Source: Patescibacteria group bacterium UBA6201 (GTDB taxonomy: Bacteria; Patescibacteriota; Minisyncoccia; Phycocordibacterales; UBA918). From it: a stretch of DNA of 64,000 nucleotides. Location of the stretch: NCBI GenBank assembly GCA_002422025.1, contig DISV01000005.1, forward strand, positions 136,834 through 200,833. The letters run 5' to 3'. The number at the start of each line of letters is the position of its first letter. The stretch's first letter is position 1. The translations under genes were made by a program, and so were the position numbers. Of the stretch, positions 55,945 to 64,000 are shown in pieces. Under the pieces are notes generated by a model, which was not told the DNA's origin, ran no database searches, and saw nothing but the letters and a program-made list of their open reading frames with translations.

Positions 55945-57642
55945 TTGTTTATGAAAAAATATTTTAGCTTTGACGCTGTGTTTCTTAAAGGTTTAATAGT
56001 ACAAAATTGGCGGTCCGGTATCACTGTTGCCCTCATATCTATACCGCTCTCAATTGCGCTTTCGATTGCCTCTGGTGCAGGTCCAATCCCTGGCTTAATT
56101 ACAGGTATTTGGGCCACTTTAATTGCTAGTTTTTTGGGTGGCAACAACTACAACATTATCGGCGCGGCTGGAGCTCTAACTACAGTATTGTTTGCCGCTA
56201 CTTTGGCGGCCCCATTGGGACTCGGAGCAGCAGTCTTGCCGTTATTGGCTCTCTCGACTGGTTTTCTAATACTACTTATTTGGCTTATTGGCCTTGATAA
56301 ATATTTATATCTCATTCCTTCATCGGTTATGTATGGTTTTGCGGCTGGTGTGGCCTTTCTGATTGCTGCCTCACAGCTGTTTGACGCAACCGGTCTTTCT
56401 GCTTTAAAGCGCACCGGACACTTTCTTGGTGATATTGAGTTATATGTTGCACACGCGAGTGAGACTCATATCAATTCCCTCTTAGTGTTTGCAATTTTCT
56501 TAGCGGGGATTCTGCTTTGGAAAAGATATATTAAGGCGATGCCTGCGGTAATTCCGGTCTCGATAGTGGGTATTATTTTTGGCTATATAGAATCTGAGTA
56601 TTTAGGTCTTGGACTCATTTCTTTGGGAGACAAGTTCGGGGACATTACCGGCGCCTTAGTGTTGCCTGTAGCTTGGGGCGCTTTAGAACAAATCTTGGCC
56701 AATAAGGAGATGATTGTTTGGATTCTAAAGATATCCGGCACGATTGCGCTTATTGCCGTACTTGAGACTCTCATTACTGCTAAGATTGCTGACAAGATTA
56801 CTAAGACTCAGTCATCAAGTCGTAAGGAGTTGCTTGGCTTGGCTCTTGCAAATCTCGGGTCTGGAGCTATGGGTGGTTTACCAGCGACTGGAGTCTTCAT
56901 TAGAACTGGTGCCAACATTAAGGCTGGTGCTACTCATAAAATGTCCGCCACTATTGCTGCCCTTGCAACTGCTGTAATTGCGCTTGTTGTTCTTCCGTTT
57001 TTCATTTACATTCCAATGGTTGTTATTGCCGCTATATTAGTGAACACGGCACTTGGTCTCATTGAAATACATAGATTCAAAGAGTTTTATGTGCTTGAAA
57101 AATCAAGTTTCATAATCGCTATCACGGTTGTATTGATTACGGTCTTTGAGGACGCAGGAATGGCGGTTGCCATAGGAGCAATTATGTCACTCTTTTGGTT
57201 TACCGATCAGATTAGCCGTGGGCGCTTCGATGCTATCTTCAATTTCAAAGACGGAACAAAAACAACCGTGCGGGGCGCTAAAAAACTCATCATTCCTTCA
57301 GAACACTCTATATCAGTTCTCACGTACAGTATTTCCGGCCTTTTAGGCTACATAGATAGTGGTCGCCACGCTGAAAACTTCCGACGTATTGCGAGTGCTG
57401 GTAATATCGAGAACGTGATTATTCGTCTACGTGGACTATTGGCTACTGACTTTGAAGGTCAAGAAATGCTTGGTGAGGCAGTGGAAGAGCTTGAAGCTAG
57501 AGGGAAAAAAGTCTATATATCCTCCGCGAGTACGCAGGTTGCTCGAGAATTAAAGGAGTTGCCTCAGTTGGCAAACATTATGACAGCAAATCGTTTCACT
57601 GAACGGACTGAGGATGCCTTAAAATCAATAGGTTTGCATTAA
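55945..57642 (+). CDS. SulP-family anion transporter with C-terminal STAS domain
   Basis: The N-terminal SulP motif is GITVALISIPLSIALSIASGAGPIPGL, and a STAS domain follows (IIRLRGLLATDFEG). Confidence 0.85.
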   Translation: MFMKKYFSFDAVFLKGLIVQNWRSGITVALISIPLSIALSIASGAGPIPGLITGIWATLIASFLGGNNYNIIGAAGALTTVLFAATLAAPLGLGAAVLPLLALSTGFLILLIWLIGLDKYLYLIPSSVMYGFAAGVAFLIAASQLFDATGLSALKRTGHFLGDIELYVAHASETHINSLLVFAIFLAGILLWKRYIKAMPAVIPVSIVGIIFGYIESEYLGLGLISLGDKFGDITGALVLPVAWGALEQILANKEMIVWILKISGTIALIAVLETLITAKIADKITKTQSSSRKELLGLALANLGSGAMGGLPATGVFIRTGANIKAGATHKMSATIAALATAVIALVVLPFFIYIPMVVIAAILVNTALGLIEIHRFKEFYVLEKSSFIIAITVVLITVFEDAGMAVAIGAIMSLFWFTDQISRGRFDAIFNFKDGTKTTVRGAKKLIIPSEHSISVLTYSISGLLGYIDSGRHAENFRRIASAGNIENVIIRLRGLLATDFEGQEMLGEAVEELEARGKKVYISSASTQVARELKELPQLANIMTANRFTERTEDALKSIGLH

Positions 57643-57703
57643 AACCAACTTCGTTATATAACAGTGCCTGGTTATTGTTGGTCCTAAGGAGAGGAGTAAT
57701 AAA

Positions 57704-57820
57704 ATGACAACTTCGCAGCTGGTAGGATTACTGACTGCAGTGGTGCTTATTTTGTGGAGCGTTGAATCTCGGGAGCAGTTTCCGCGATTCGAGCGTTCTG
57801 CGCATTATATGTTTCAATAA
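57704..57820 (+). CDS. small hydrophobic protein (38 aa)
   Basis: AAGGAGAGGAG sits 7 nt upstream of the ATG. The product is MTTSQLVGLLTAVVLILWSVESREQFPRFERSAHYMFQ. A terminator follows. Confidence 0.3.
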   Translation: MTTSQLVGLLTAVVLILWSVESREQFPRFERSAHYMFQ

Positions 57821-57840
57821 CGTCAGCTAAACAGCTGACA

Positions 57841-57869
57841 AAAAGGCCAGACTGTATGTCCGGCCTTTT
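57841..57869. terminator. bidirectional terminator (A-run, GGCCAGAC-tgtatg-TCCGGCC, T-run)
   Basis: Between the small ORF and the rpoD stop. Confidence 0.7.
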
Positions 57870-57873
57870 AGTA

Positions 57874-59193
57874 TTAATATGATTTAAGTCTCCTAGCCTT
57901 TTCGTGTTGTCTGATTTTCTCCAAAGCCTTGGCCTCAATCTGACGAATACGTTCGCGAGTCACTCCAAACTCAGCACCCACTTCCTCGAGGGTGTGATAG
58001 GTACCGTCAATCAATCCATGACGCATTTCCAAAATTTTCCTTTCTTTATCGGAAAGTGTGTCCAATATTTCTAAGATTTGATCAGTCAAAATACTGTGTG
58101 CTACTTCTTGGTCAGGAGAAGTGATTTTGTCGTCGGCGATAAAGTCAGAAAGTCTCGAACGATCATCATCGTCACCAACTGGAAGCTCCAAGGAAATTGT
58201 GTCCTGACTAATCTTTTCAATTTGGTAGATTTTCTCTACCTCCACACCCATCTCAGTAGCAATTTCCTCTGGCATTGGGTCGCGGCCAAAGTCCTGCGCA
58301 AGCCTGCGTGATACTTGTTTATATTTTGCCATTGTCTCAACCATATGGACAGGAATACGAATGGTGCGAGACTGGTCAGCTAATGCACGAGTGATAGCTT
58401 GACGAATCCACCAAGTTGCATAAGTAGAAAACTTGAAGCCCTTAGTGAAGTCAAATTTATCAACGGCCTTAAATAGTCCCAAGTTTCCTTCTTGAATTAG
58501 GTCAAGAAGAGTGAGGTCAGGTGAACGACCAACGTACTTCTTAGCAATTGATACTACCAAACGCAGGTTGGCTCTAGCTAGTAGGTTTCTGGCCTCTTCG
58601 TCGCCATCTAAAATACGCTTAGCTAACGTACGTTCTTCCATTGCGGTCAAGAGTGGGTATTGTCCGATTTCACGAAGATACATCTGAATAGAGTCATAGC
58701 CACTTTCGTGCCGACGATAGGCATTTTTCTGGGCTAACATTTCCTCACTGGTGTCACCAGAAAGAAGCCCACCGCTTTGGAGGACATCAATATTAGCGAT
58801 TTGAAAACGATCGTAGAGATCCTCTAGGAAGCTCACGTCCTTCTCTATCGTTGGAAACAGTTTTAAAATATCGTCGTAGGTAATGTATCCACGATCTCGC
58901 CCGAGTTTCAATAGGTCTCCAGCCTTAGACTCTTTCTCGCGCGTCAACTTATTAGGTTTGGCAAGTTCTTTGGCTTTTACACGGTCCTCTTTCTTTTTAG
59001 GAGCGGTCGTTACTTTGGTCTTTTTTACAACTTTAATTGTTGTTTTTTTGGCAGGTTTTTTGTTAGATGCCTCGGCTCGCCTTTTGGGAGCTTTTTTGGC
59101 CACTTTTTTAACTGCCCGTTTGGCGACTTTTTTGGTCGCTTTTTTGACCTTCTTTGTTGCTGATTTTTTCTTCGCAACCATACGGTGGGACAA
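57874..59193 (-). CDS. rpoD: RNA polymerase sigma-70 factor with Lys-rich N-terminal extension
   Basis: Regions 2-4 are conserved ([32 protein letters not shown], and a region 4 HTH). The N-terminal 80 aa are AKKK/VKK repeats. Confidence 0.9.
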   Translation of the reverse strand: MSHRMVAKKKSATKKVKKATKKVAKRAVKKVAKKAPKRRAEASNKKPAKKTTIKVVKKTKVTTAPKKKEDRVKAKELAKPNKLTREKESKAGDLLKLGRDRGYITYDDILKLFPTIEKDVSFLEDLYDRFQIANIDVLQSGGLLSGDTSEEMLAQKNAYRRHESGYDSIQMYLREIGQYPLLTAMEERTLAKRILDGDEEARNLLARANLRLVVSIAKKYVGRSPDLTLLDLIQEGNLGLFKAVDKFDFTKGFKFSTYATWWIRQAITRALADQSRTIRIPVHMVETMAKYKQVSRRLAQDFGRDPMPEEIATEMGVEVEKIYQIEKISQDTISLELPVGDDDDRSRLSDFIADDKITSPDQEVAHSILTDQILEILDTLSDKERKILEMRHGLIDGTYHTLEEVGAEFGVTRERIRQIEAKALEKIRQHEKARRLKSY

Positions 59194-59228
59194 CTATAAC
59201 TTATCTACGTTGCCTGTCAATCTTTTTG

Positions 59229-60965
59229 TTATGTTGGTAGTCTCGCTTTTAGAATATCTATTTCCTTGAGCTTAGCACTAGCATCTTCCTCCCTCCCTTC
59301 TTGTTCAGCCAATAACATTGCTTCTTTCAATAAGAGAATTTTTTCTTTTGTGAAAAGCTCGTTCAACTGCTGAAGTTTATGCTCCCAATCTTCTCTGACT
59401 GTGCGTTGTCGCGATTCACTTATATAAGTTTCAAGAGTAAAGAAAAGTTGGCTTTTTACGTTGCTGGATAGTGTCTCGCGCACTTCCTCAGGAGTTTGCC
59501 CGACGATTTCAATGAATCGTTCGGATAGCATTTGTCCTTCGCTTGGTTCTAGAAGTTCCTCAATCACTGATAAGAAGGCGAGAACATTTTCCTTCCTACT
59601 TGAGGTTGGCATGACTTTTTCAACAAATTGTTCTGCCTCTCGCACTCTATCTTTAGCGCGTTCATTTTCTTTGTTAGCTTCTAAGCGTGCGACATCAAGA
59701 CGGACTGATTCAACATTAATACCCAACCTTTCGGCAATAAGATTGGCAAAATGATCTCTGTCGATATAACTTTCAATTAAGAGAAGATAAGGCAATATTT
59801 CGTCACTAGCTCTCATCTTAAATTTGCGCTCGTCAGCACACTCTTCCTTCAGTAGATTTAGAAGAAACTCAATCACGTGTGTCGCTTCCTTAATATCCTT
59901 CTTTAAAAGATTAGGGTCTTCAGCCACGAGGTCGGCCGGATCTTTTCCGCCATGCAGTCTCGCAACTTTGAGGTCAATTCCTCGAGCCAACATTAGCTCG
60001 GCGGCCCGCTTGACCGCCGCTACGCCGGCTCGGTCGGCATCGAGTGCCAACACTACCCGGTTAGAGAGTCTTTGTAAAAGCGAGACATGTTCAGGGGTTA
60101 AAGCTGTGCCAGATACAGCCACAGCATTCTTATACCCAGCCTGGTGCGACAGTACCACATCAAATTGCCCTTCCACAATTAGCGAAAAGTCGAGTTTATG
60201 AATACCGTGTTTAGCCTTGTCGTATCCAAATAATGCCTCAGACTTATTAAAAAGCATTGTCTCAGGTGAGTTAACGTACTTTGGTGCTTCGCTCTCCTTA
60301 CTTAAAACACGTCCGGAAAAGCCAATCACCCGTCCACTTGAATCCATTATTGGGAACATCACTCGATTACGGAATACGTCGTACGGTTGTTTGCCTTGGT
60401 CAGCCTGCTTCACGAGTCCGGCTTGAAGCATTAGGCTGTCGTCGTACCCTTTTGCTGTCAAGTGTTCTCGTAACTGACGCCAATCGTTAGGGGCGTAACC
60501 GATTCGCCATTTGGAGATGGTTTCATCATGCACTTCACGCTTTTTTAAATACTCGAGTGCGTCGTCAGCTTTACTCAAGGTCATTTCAAAAAACTTTGTA
60601 GCGTCTTCGAGTATTAGGTAGAGCGTATCACGAAGGTCTCGTTTCTTTGGGTCCTCTGGTATCAGCTCAATACCGGCTTTGTCTGCCAAAATTTTTAATG
60701 CTCCCTTGAAGTCCACTCCCTCCATTTTCTCTACAAAGGTAAACATATCTCCGCCTTGTGTGGAGGAGAAACAATAGTACATACCGCGGTCAGGAGAGAC
60801 ATAAAATGATGGGGTCTTTTCACTAGTAAAAGGCGATCTGCCTTTAAAATTTTTACCAGCCTTATGTAGCTCTACGTATGGAGAAATCACATCGATAATC
60901 GATAGTTTTTCCTTAATTCTCTGCACCGAATCTGTGGCCATAATTGCTTCTATTTTAACCCGCAA
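59229..60965 (-). CDS. dnaG: DNA primase (zinc-finger ligands substituted)
   Basis: TOPRIM domain (EGQFDVVLSHQAG, LALDADRAG). In the N-terminal zinc-finger region, SPFTSEKTPSF...YYCFSSTQGGD replaces the canonical CPFHxEKTPSF...HCFGCGxxGD. dnaG-rpoD operon order. Confidence 0.85.
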   Translation of the reverse strand: MRVKIEAIMATDSVQRIKEKLSIIDVISPYVELHKAGKNFKGRSPFTSEKTPSFYVSPDRGMYYCFSSTQGGDMFTFVEKMEGVDFKGALKILADKAGIELIPEDPKKRDLRDTLYLILEDATKFFEMTLSKADDALEYLKKREVHDETISKWRIGYAPNDWRQLREHLTAKGYDDSLMLQAGLVKQADQGKQPYDVFRNRVMFPIMDSSGRVIGFSGRVLSKESEAPKYVNSPETMLFNKSEALFGYDKAKHGIHKLDFSLIVEGQFDVVLSHQAGYKNAVAVSGTALTPEHVSLLQRLSNRVVLALDADRAGVAAVKRAAELMLARGIDLKVARLHGGKDPADLVAEDPNLLKKDIKEATHVIEFLLNLLKEECADERKFKMRASDEILPYLLLIESYIDRDHFANLIAERLGINVESVRLDVARLEANKENERAKDRVREAEQFVEKVMPTSSRKENVLAFLSVIEELLEPSEGQMLSERFIEIVGQTPEEVRETLSSNVKSQLFFTLETYISESRQRTVREDWEHKLQQLNELFTKEKILLLKEAMLLAEQEGREEDASAKLKEIDILKARLPT

Positions 60966-61142
60966 AACTATACTTGACTAATATCTCCAAATGTTCTGTT
61001 ATAGAATTTATTATTAATTCCTGTTCAAACTCAAAGAGTAGAAAGCAGTATATTGAAACATTTGCAGTTGTTAGGGTTTATGACATAAGAATTTTATGTC
61101 ATAGTTGTGTTAGTAACTAGAAGTGACTAAAGGGAGGTTAAC

Positions 61143-61262
61143 ATGTACAAAAAAATGTTTTTGAGGGGTTTACCTCGCATACTACTGATTTGGCTTATCT
61201 TTGCTCTGTACTCATTAATCCCACTGCTCTTTGTACCAAGTTCGCCTTTTAGAATTTTCTAA
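61143..61262 (+). CDS. small hydrophobic protein (39 aa)
   Basis: AAAGGGAGG sits 6 nt upstream of the ATG. The product is MYKKMFLRGLPRILLIWLIFALYSLIPLLFVPSSPFRIF. Confidence 0.3.
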   Translation: MYKKMFLRGLPRILLIWLIFALYSLIPLLFVPSSPFRIF

Positions 61263-61287
61263 TGAGTTATTGGTGGGTTTGGTAAAC

Positions 61288-61322
61288 AAAAAACCGGCAC
61301 AGAGTTGTGTCGGTTTTTTTGT
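61288..61322. terminator. bidirectional rho-independent terminator (A6-CCGGCACAG-agt-TGTGTCGG-T7)
   Basis: Lies downstream of the rpoC stop on the minus strand and of the small ORF on the plus strand. Confidence 0.75.
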
Positions 61323-61356
61323 GTTTATTGTTTATTTCTACATCGTTCTACTATCC

Positions 61357-64000
61357 CTACTGTTCATCTGATACAGCTTTAATCATATCGTACTTCTTGG
61401 AGTTCTTGAAACCAGAACCTGCTGGGATGAGACGTCCAATGATGACGTTCTCCATTAGTCCTGCTAGGTTGTCCTGGCTTCCCTTTACTGCGGCGTTAAT
61501 CAAAACACGTGTAGTGTTTTGGAAGGATGCAGCGGATAGGAAGCTCTTTCTTGAAAGTGATGTCTCAGTGATTCCGAGAATAAGCCTTTCAGATTTTGCT
61601 GGTTCCTTTCCATCGGCCTTCATTGTCTTGTTGGCTTCTGCAAAGATCCATTCCTCCACAACGTCACCAATAGTAAAGTGTGTATCTCCAGCGTCGATTA
61701 TCTTTACACGGCTCATCATCTGCTTAACGATAAGCTCAATGTGCTTACGTGCGATTGTTACACCCTGGAGTTCATAAATCTTGTTAACTTCAGAAATGAT
61801 ATAGTCCTGAGTCAGTTCGCGGTTGCCGTACTTGAATAGCTCAGGTAGGTGCGCAGAACCATCAGTCATTAATTGACCACCGGTTACATTGTCTCCAACT
61901 GATACGGTAACCATTCGACGATAACTTACTTCATACTCAAGGTTGTCTGATGTCTTTTTAGCGTACTTAGCTCCCTTCACTGGGGTAACTACGATGACCT
62001 TTTCTTTACCTTCACGACGGATTTCGGTAACAATACCGTCGGTCTTGGATACAATAGCTGGAATTTTCGGCTGGCGTTTTTCAAACACTTCTTCTACACG
62101 TGGAAGACCTTGAGTCACGTCTCCACCGACTGACGCAGCACCTCCGGCATGCTTAGTGTTCATCGTTAGCTGAGTACCAGGCTCACCAATCGCTTGTGCG
62201 GCGATAGTACCAACAGCTTCACCAATGTCTACGACATGGTTAGTGGTTAGGTCATGGCCGTAACACTGCTGACAGACTCCACGCAAAGTGGCACAGGTCA
62301 TTGGAGAACGTACCACTACTGACTCACAAGTTGAACCCTCGAGTGCGATAGCATCACGACGAGACAGTAGGTGACCCTTCTTAAATATCACAACACCCTT
62401 ACTGTCAGTTGCGTCCTCAGCTAGTACGCGACCCTTAATTGCTTTAGAAAATGCAATCTCAATACCAGATGCTGAGATGCGACCAATCTTAGTTCCCTGC
62501 TTAGTCTTACAATCAATTTCAGTCACGATAGCGTCCTGGGCAACTACGAAGAGACGACGAGTTAAGTAACCAGCCTTCGCAGTTTGAAGTGCGGTGTCGG
62601 CTAGACCTTTACGTGAACCGTGAGTAGTAATGAAGTACTCGATTGGTGTCATACCCTCCTTCATCGAAGAAAGTACTGGGAATTCCAAAGTTTCACCACG
62701 AGTGTTGACGATAAGTCCCTTCATACCAGCCATCTGTGCAATCTGTCCTAGAGAACCGCGAGCACCAGACTTCCACATCTCGAAAGCAGAACCGTTTTCG
62801 TCCAAAGTTTCCGGCAAGATACCCTCAAGTTCACTCTTGGCATGGTGCCACACACCCACGATCATGCGACGGCGCTCGTCTCTTGAAATAAGACCCTCAT
62901 CAAAATGAGCAAAAATCTCTCGTTCTGATGCGCGAGCCTTTTCAATAATGGTAGCCTTCCCTTTTGGAATAACCACTTCATCAATACCCCAAGTTGTACC
63001 AGACTGTGTCGCGTACTTGAAGCCAAACTTCTTGAGTCGGTCAACAATTGGTGGAACTGCATCGGAACCACGGTCATCAATAATATCAATAATGATATTG
63101 AAGAGTGTCTTTTGTACTACTACGTCGTTGATGAAATCGTAGTCACTAGGTAACACGCTGTTGAAAAGAAGACGTCCGACGGAAGTTTCAAACAACTTAC
63201 CTTCGTACTGCTTGTACTTAGGAGTATCGGTCGCTAGTACCTTAATCTTGGCTCGGAAGTCAACAACCCCGTAATCATAGGCGTTGATAGCATCGTTTGG
63301 TGAGGCAAAGAATTTATCCTCGCCCTTAGAACCAGCGATGATTTTGGTCATCCAGTAGGCACCGAGGGCCATATCAAGTAGTTTTTCTGAAACTACCGGC
63401 TCGGCAGAACCAGGCTTAAGGATGTTCTTGTTAGCAGAAATTATTTCCTTAGCCTCGAGCTGCGCCTCGTCTGAGAGAGGTACGTGTACCGCCATCTGGT
63501 CACCGTCGAAGTCAGCGTTGAAAGCGCGACAGACGAGTGGGTGTACCTGGATTGCGTTACCTTCGATAAGTACCGGACGGAAAGCCTGGATACCTTGACG
63601 GTGCAGGGTTGGAGCACGGTTTAGGAGAACGTGCTTGTTCTTAATGATGTTTTCTAGGATTGCCCAAACTTCTGGCACTCCGTCTTCAATCAGACGACCA
63701 GCGCCACGGATGTTATAAGCAAGTTCTTGTTTCAATAGTTGTGAAATCACGAATGGTCGGAACAGTTCCAGCGCCATATGCTTTGGAAGACCACACTGGT
63801 CGAGGTCTAGGTCTGGACCAATGACGATTACAGAACGTCCAGAGTAGTCAACACGCTTTCCGAGTAAGTTCTGTCGGAAGTATCCCTGTTTACTCTTGAG
63901 GTAGTCAGATAGAGACTTTAGTGGACGACGTTGTGCTTGACTCATCATTGAGTAAGCGCTGTTACCGTGACGGATTGAGTTATCGATTAGGGCGTCAACC
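61357..64000 (-). CDS. rpoC: DNA-directed RNA polymerase subunit beta' (C-terminal about 880 codons; 5' end outside window)
   Basis: [16 protein letters not shown] catalytic Mg motif, trigger-loop and bridge-helix regions. The frame stays open to the window edge. Confidence 0.9.
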   Translation of the reverse strand, partial: VDALIDNSIRHGNSAYSMMSQAQRRPLKSLSDYLKSKQGYFRQNLLGKRVDYSGRSVIVIGPDLDLDQCGLPKHMALELFRPFVISQLLKQELAYNIRGAGRLIEDGVPEVWAILENIIKNKHVLLNRAPTLHRQGIQAFRPVLIEGNAIQVHPLVCRAFNADFDGDQMAVHVPLSDEAQLEAKEIISANKNILKPGSAEPVVSEKLLDMALGAYWMTKIIAGSKGEDKFFASPNDAINAYDYGVVDFRAKIKVLATDTPKYKQYEGKLFETSVGRLLFNSVLPSDYDFINDVVVQKTLFNIIIDIIDDRGSDAVPPIVDRLKKFGFKYATQSGTTWGIDEVVIPKGKATIIEKARASEREIFAHFDEGLISRDERRRMIVGVWHHAKSELEGILPETLDENGSAFEMWKSGARGSLGQIAQMAGMKGLIVNTRGETLEFPVLSSMKEGMTPIEYFITTHGSRKGLADTALQTAKAGYLTRRLFVVAQDAIVTEIDCKTKQGTKIGRISASGIEIAFSKAIKGRVLAEDATDSKGVVIFKKGHLLSRRDAIALEGSTCESVVVRSPMTCATLRGVCQQCYGHDLTTNHVVDIGEAVGTIAAQAIGEPGTQLTMNTKHAGGAASVGGDVTQGLPRVEEVFEKRQPKIPAIVSKTDGIVTEIRREGKEKVIVVTPVKGAKYAKKTSDNLEYEVSYRRMVTVSVGDNVTGGQLMTDGSAHLPELFKYGNRELTQDYIISEVNKIYELQGVTIARKHIELIVKQMMSRVKIIDAGDTHFTIGDVVEEWIFAEANKTMKADGKEPAKSERLILGITETSLSRKSFLSAASFQNTTRVLINAAVKGSQDNLAGLMENVIIGRLIPAGSGFKNSKKYDMIKAVSDEQ

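Overview
The window looks like a compact, gene-dense chromosome of a small-genome bacterium, about 45% GC by eye, with short intergenic spacers and many hairpin terminators. No rRNA genes and no CRISPR array were seen. All motif and coordinate calls were made by eye, and hand-placed coordinates may be off by 1-3 nt.

Most genes are housekeeping and cell-envelope functions (listed under features). Two tRNAs are present, tRNA-Asn(GTT) on the minus strand and tRNA-Ala(GGC) on the plus strand.

The main accessory feature is an AT-rich integrative element of about 14 kb at roughly 22.5-36.5 kb, inserted at the 3' end of tRNA-Asn. A 13-bp copy of the tRNA 3' end (TCCGCGGGCAGGA) at 22516-22528 forms the direct repeat with the tRNA copy at 36429-36441. 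The element carries a large serine recombinase whose 3' end runs into the tRNA, an excisionase-type HTH protein, a rolling-circle-type Rep_trans-like initiator, and several unknown proteins.

Its cargo is a tight two-gene module: a 1161-aa fusion of a PLD (HKD) nuclease to a SNF2-type helicase, followed by a 1071-aa PglX/MmeI-like N6-adenine methyltransferase. This looks like a reduced DISARM-like, or split Type ISP-like, restriction-modification module and is the best candidate for an undescribed defence system here. A 494-aa SEC-C zinc-motif protein and a 499-aa orphan protein sit divergently on the same element.

Other observations worth follow-up:
- An XRE helix-turn-helix domain appears fused in frame to MurA, with an operator-like inverted repeat at the start codon.
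- A tandem heptamer element (ACAGTAC) recurs immediately 3' of two unrelated genes, and a perfect 30-bp palindrome follows one copy.
- A roughly 55-bp intergenic repeat family has at least three members.
- A 22-bp perfect hairpin overlaps the tRNA-Ala 3' end.
- Two small GC-rich islets each carry an orphan ORF with strong Shine-Dalgarno signals.
- DnaG has lost its zinc ligands, RpoD carries a histone-like lysine-rich N-terminal tail, and an alternative-oxidase-like diiron protein sits at the window edge.
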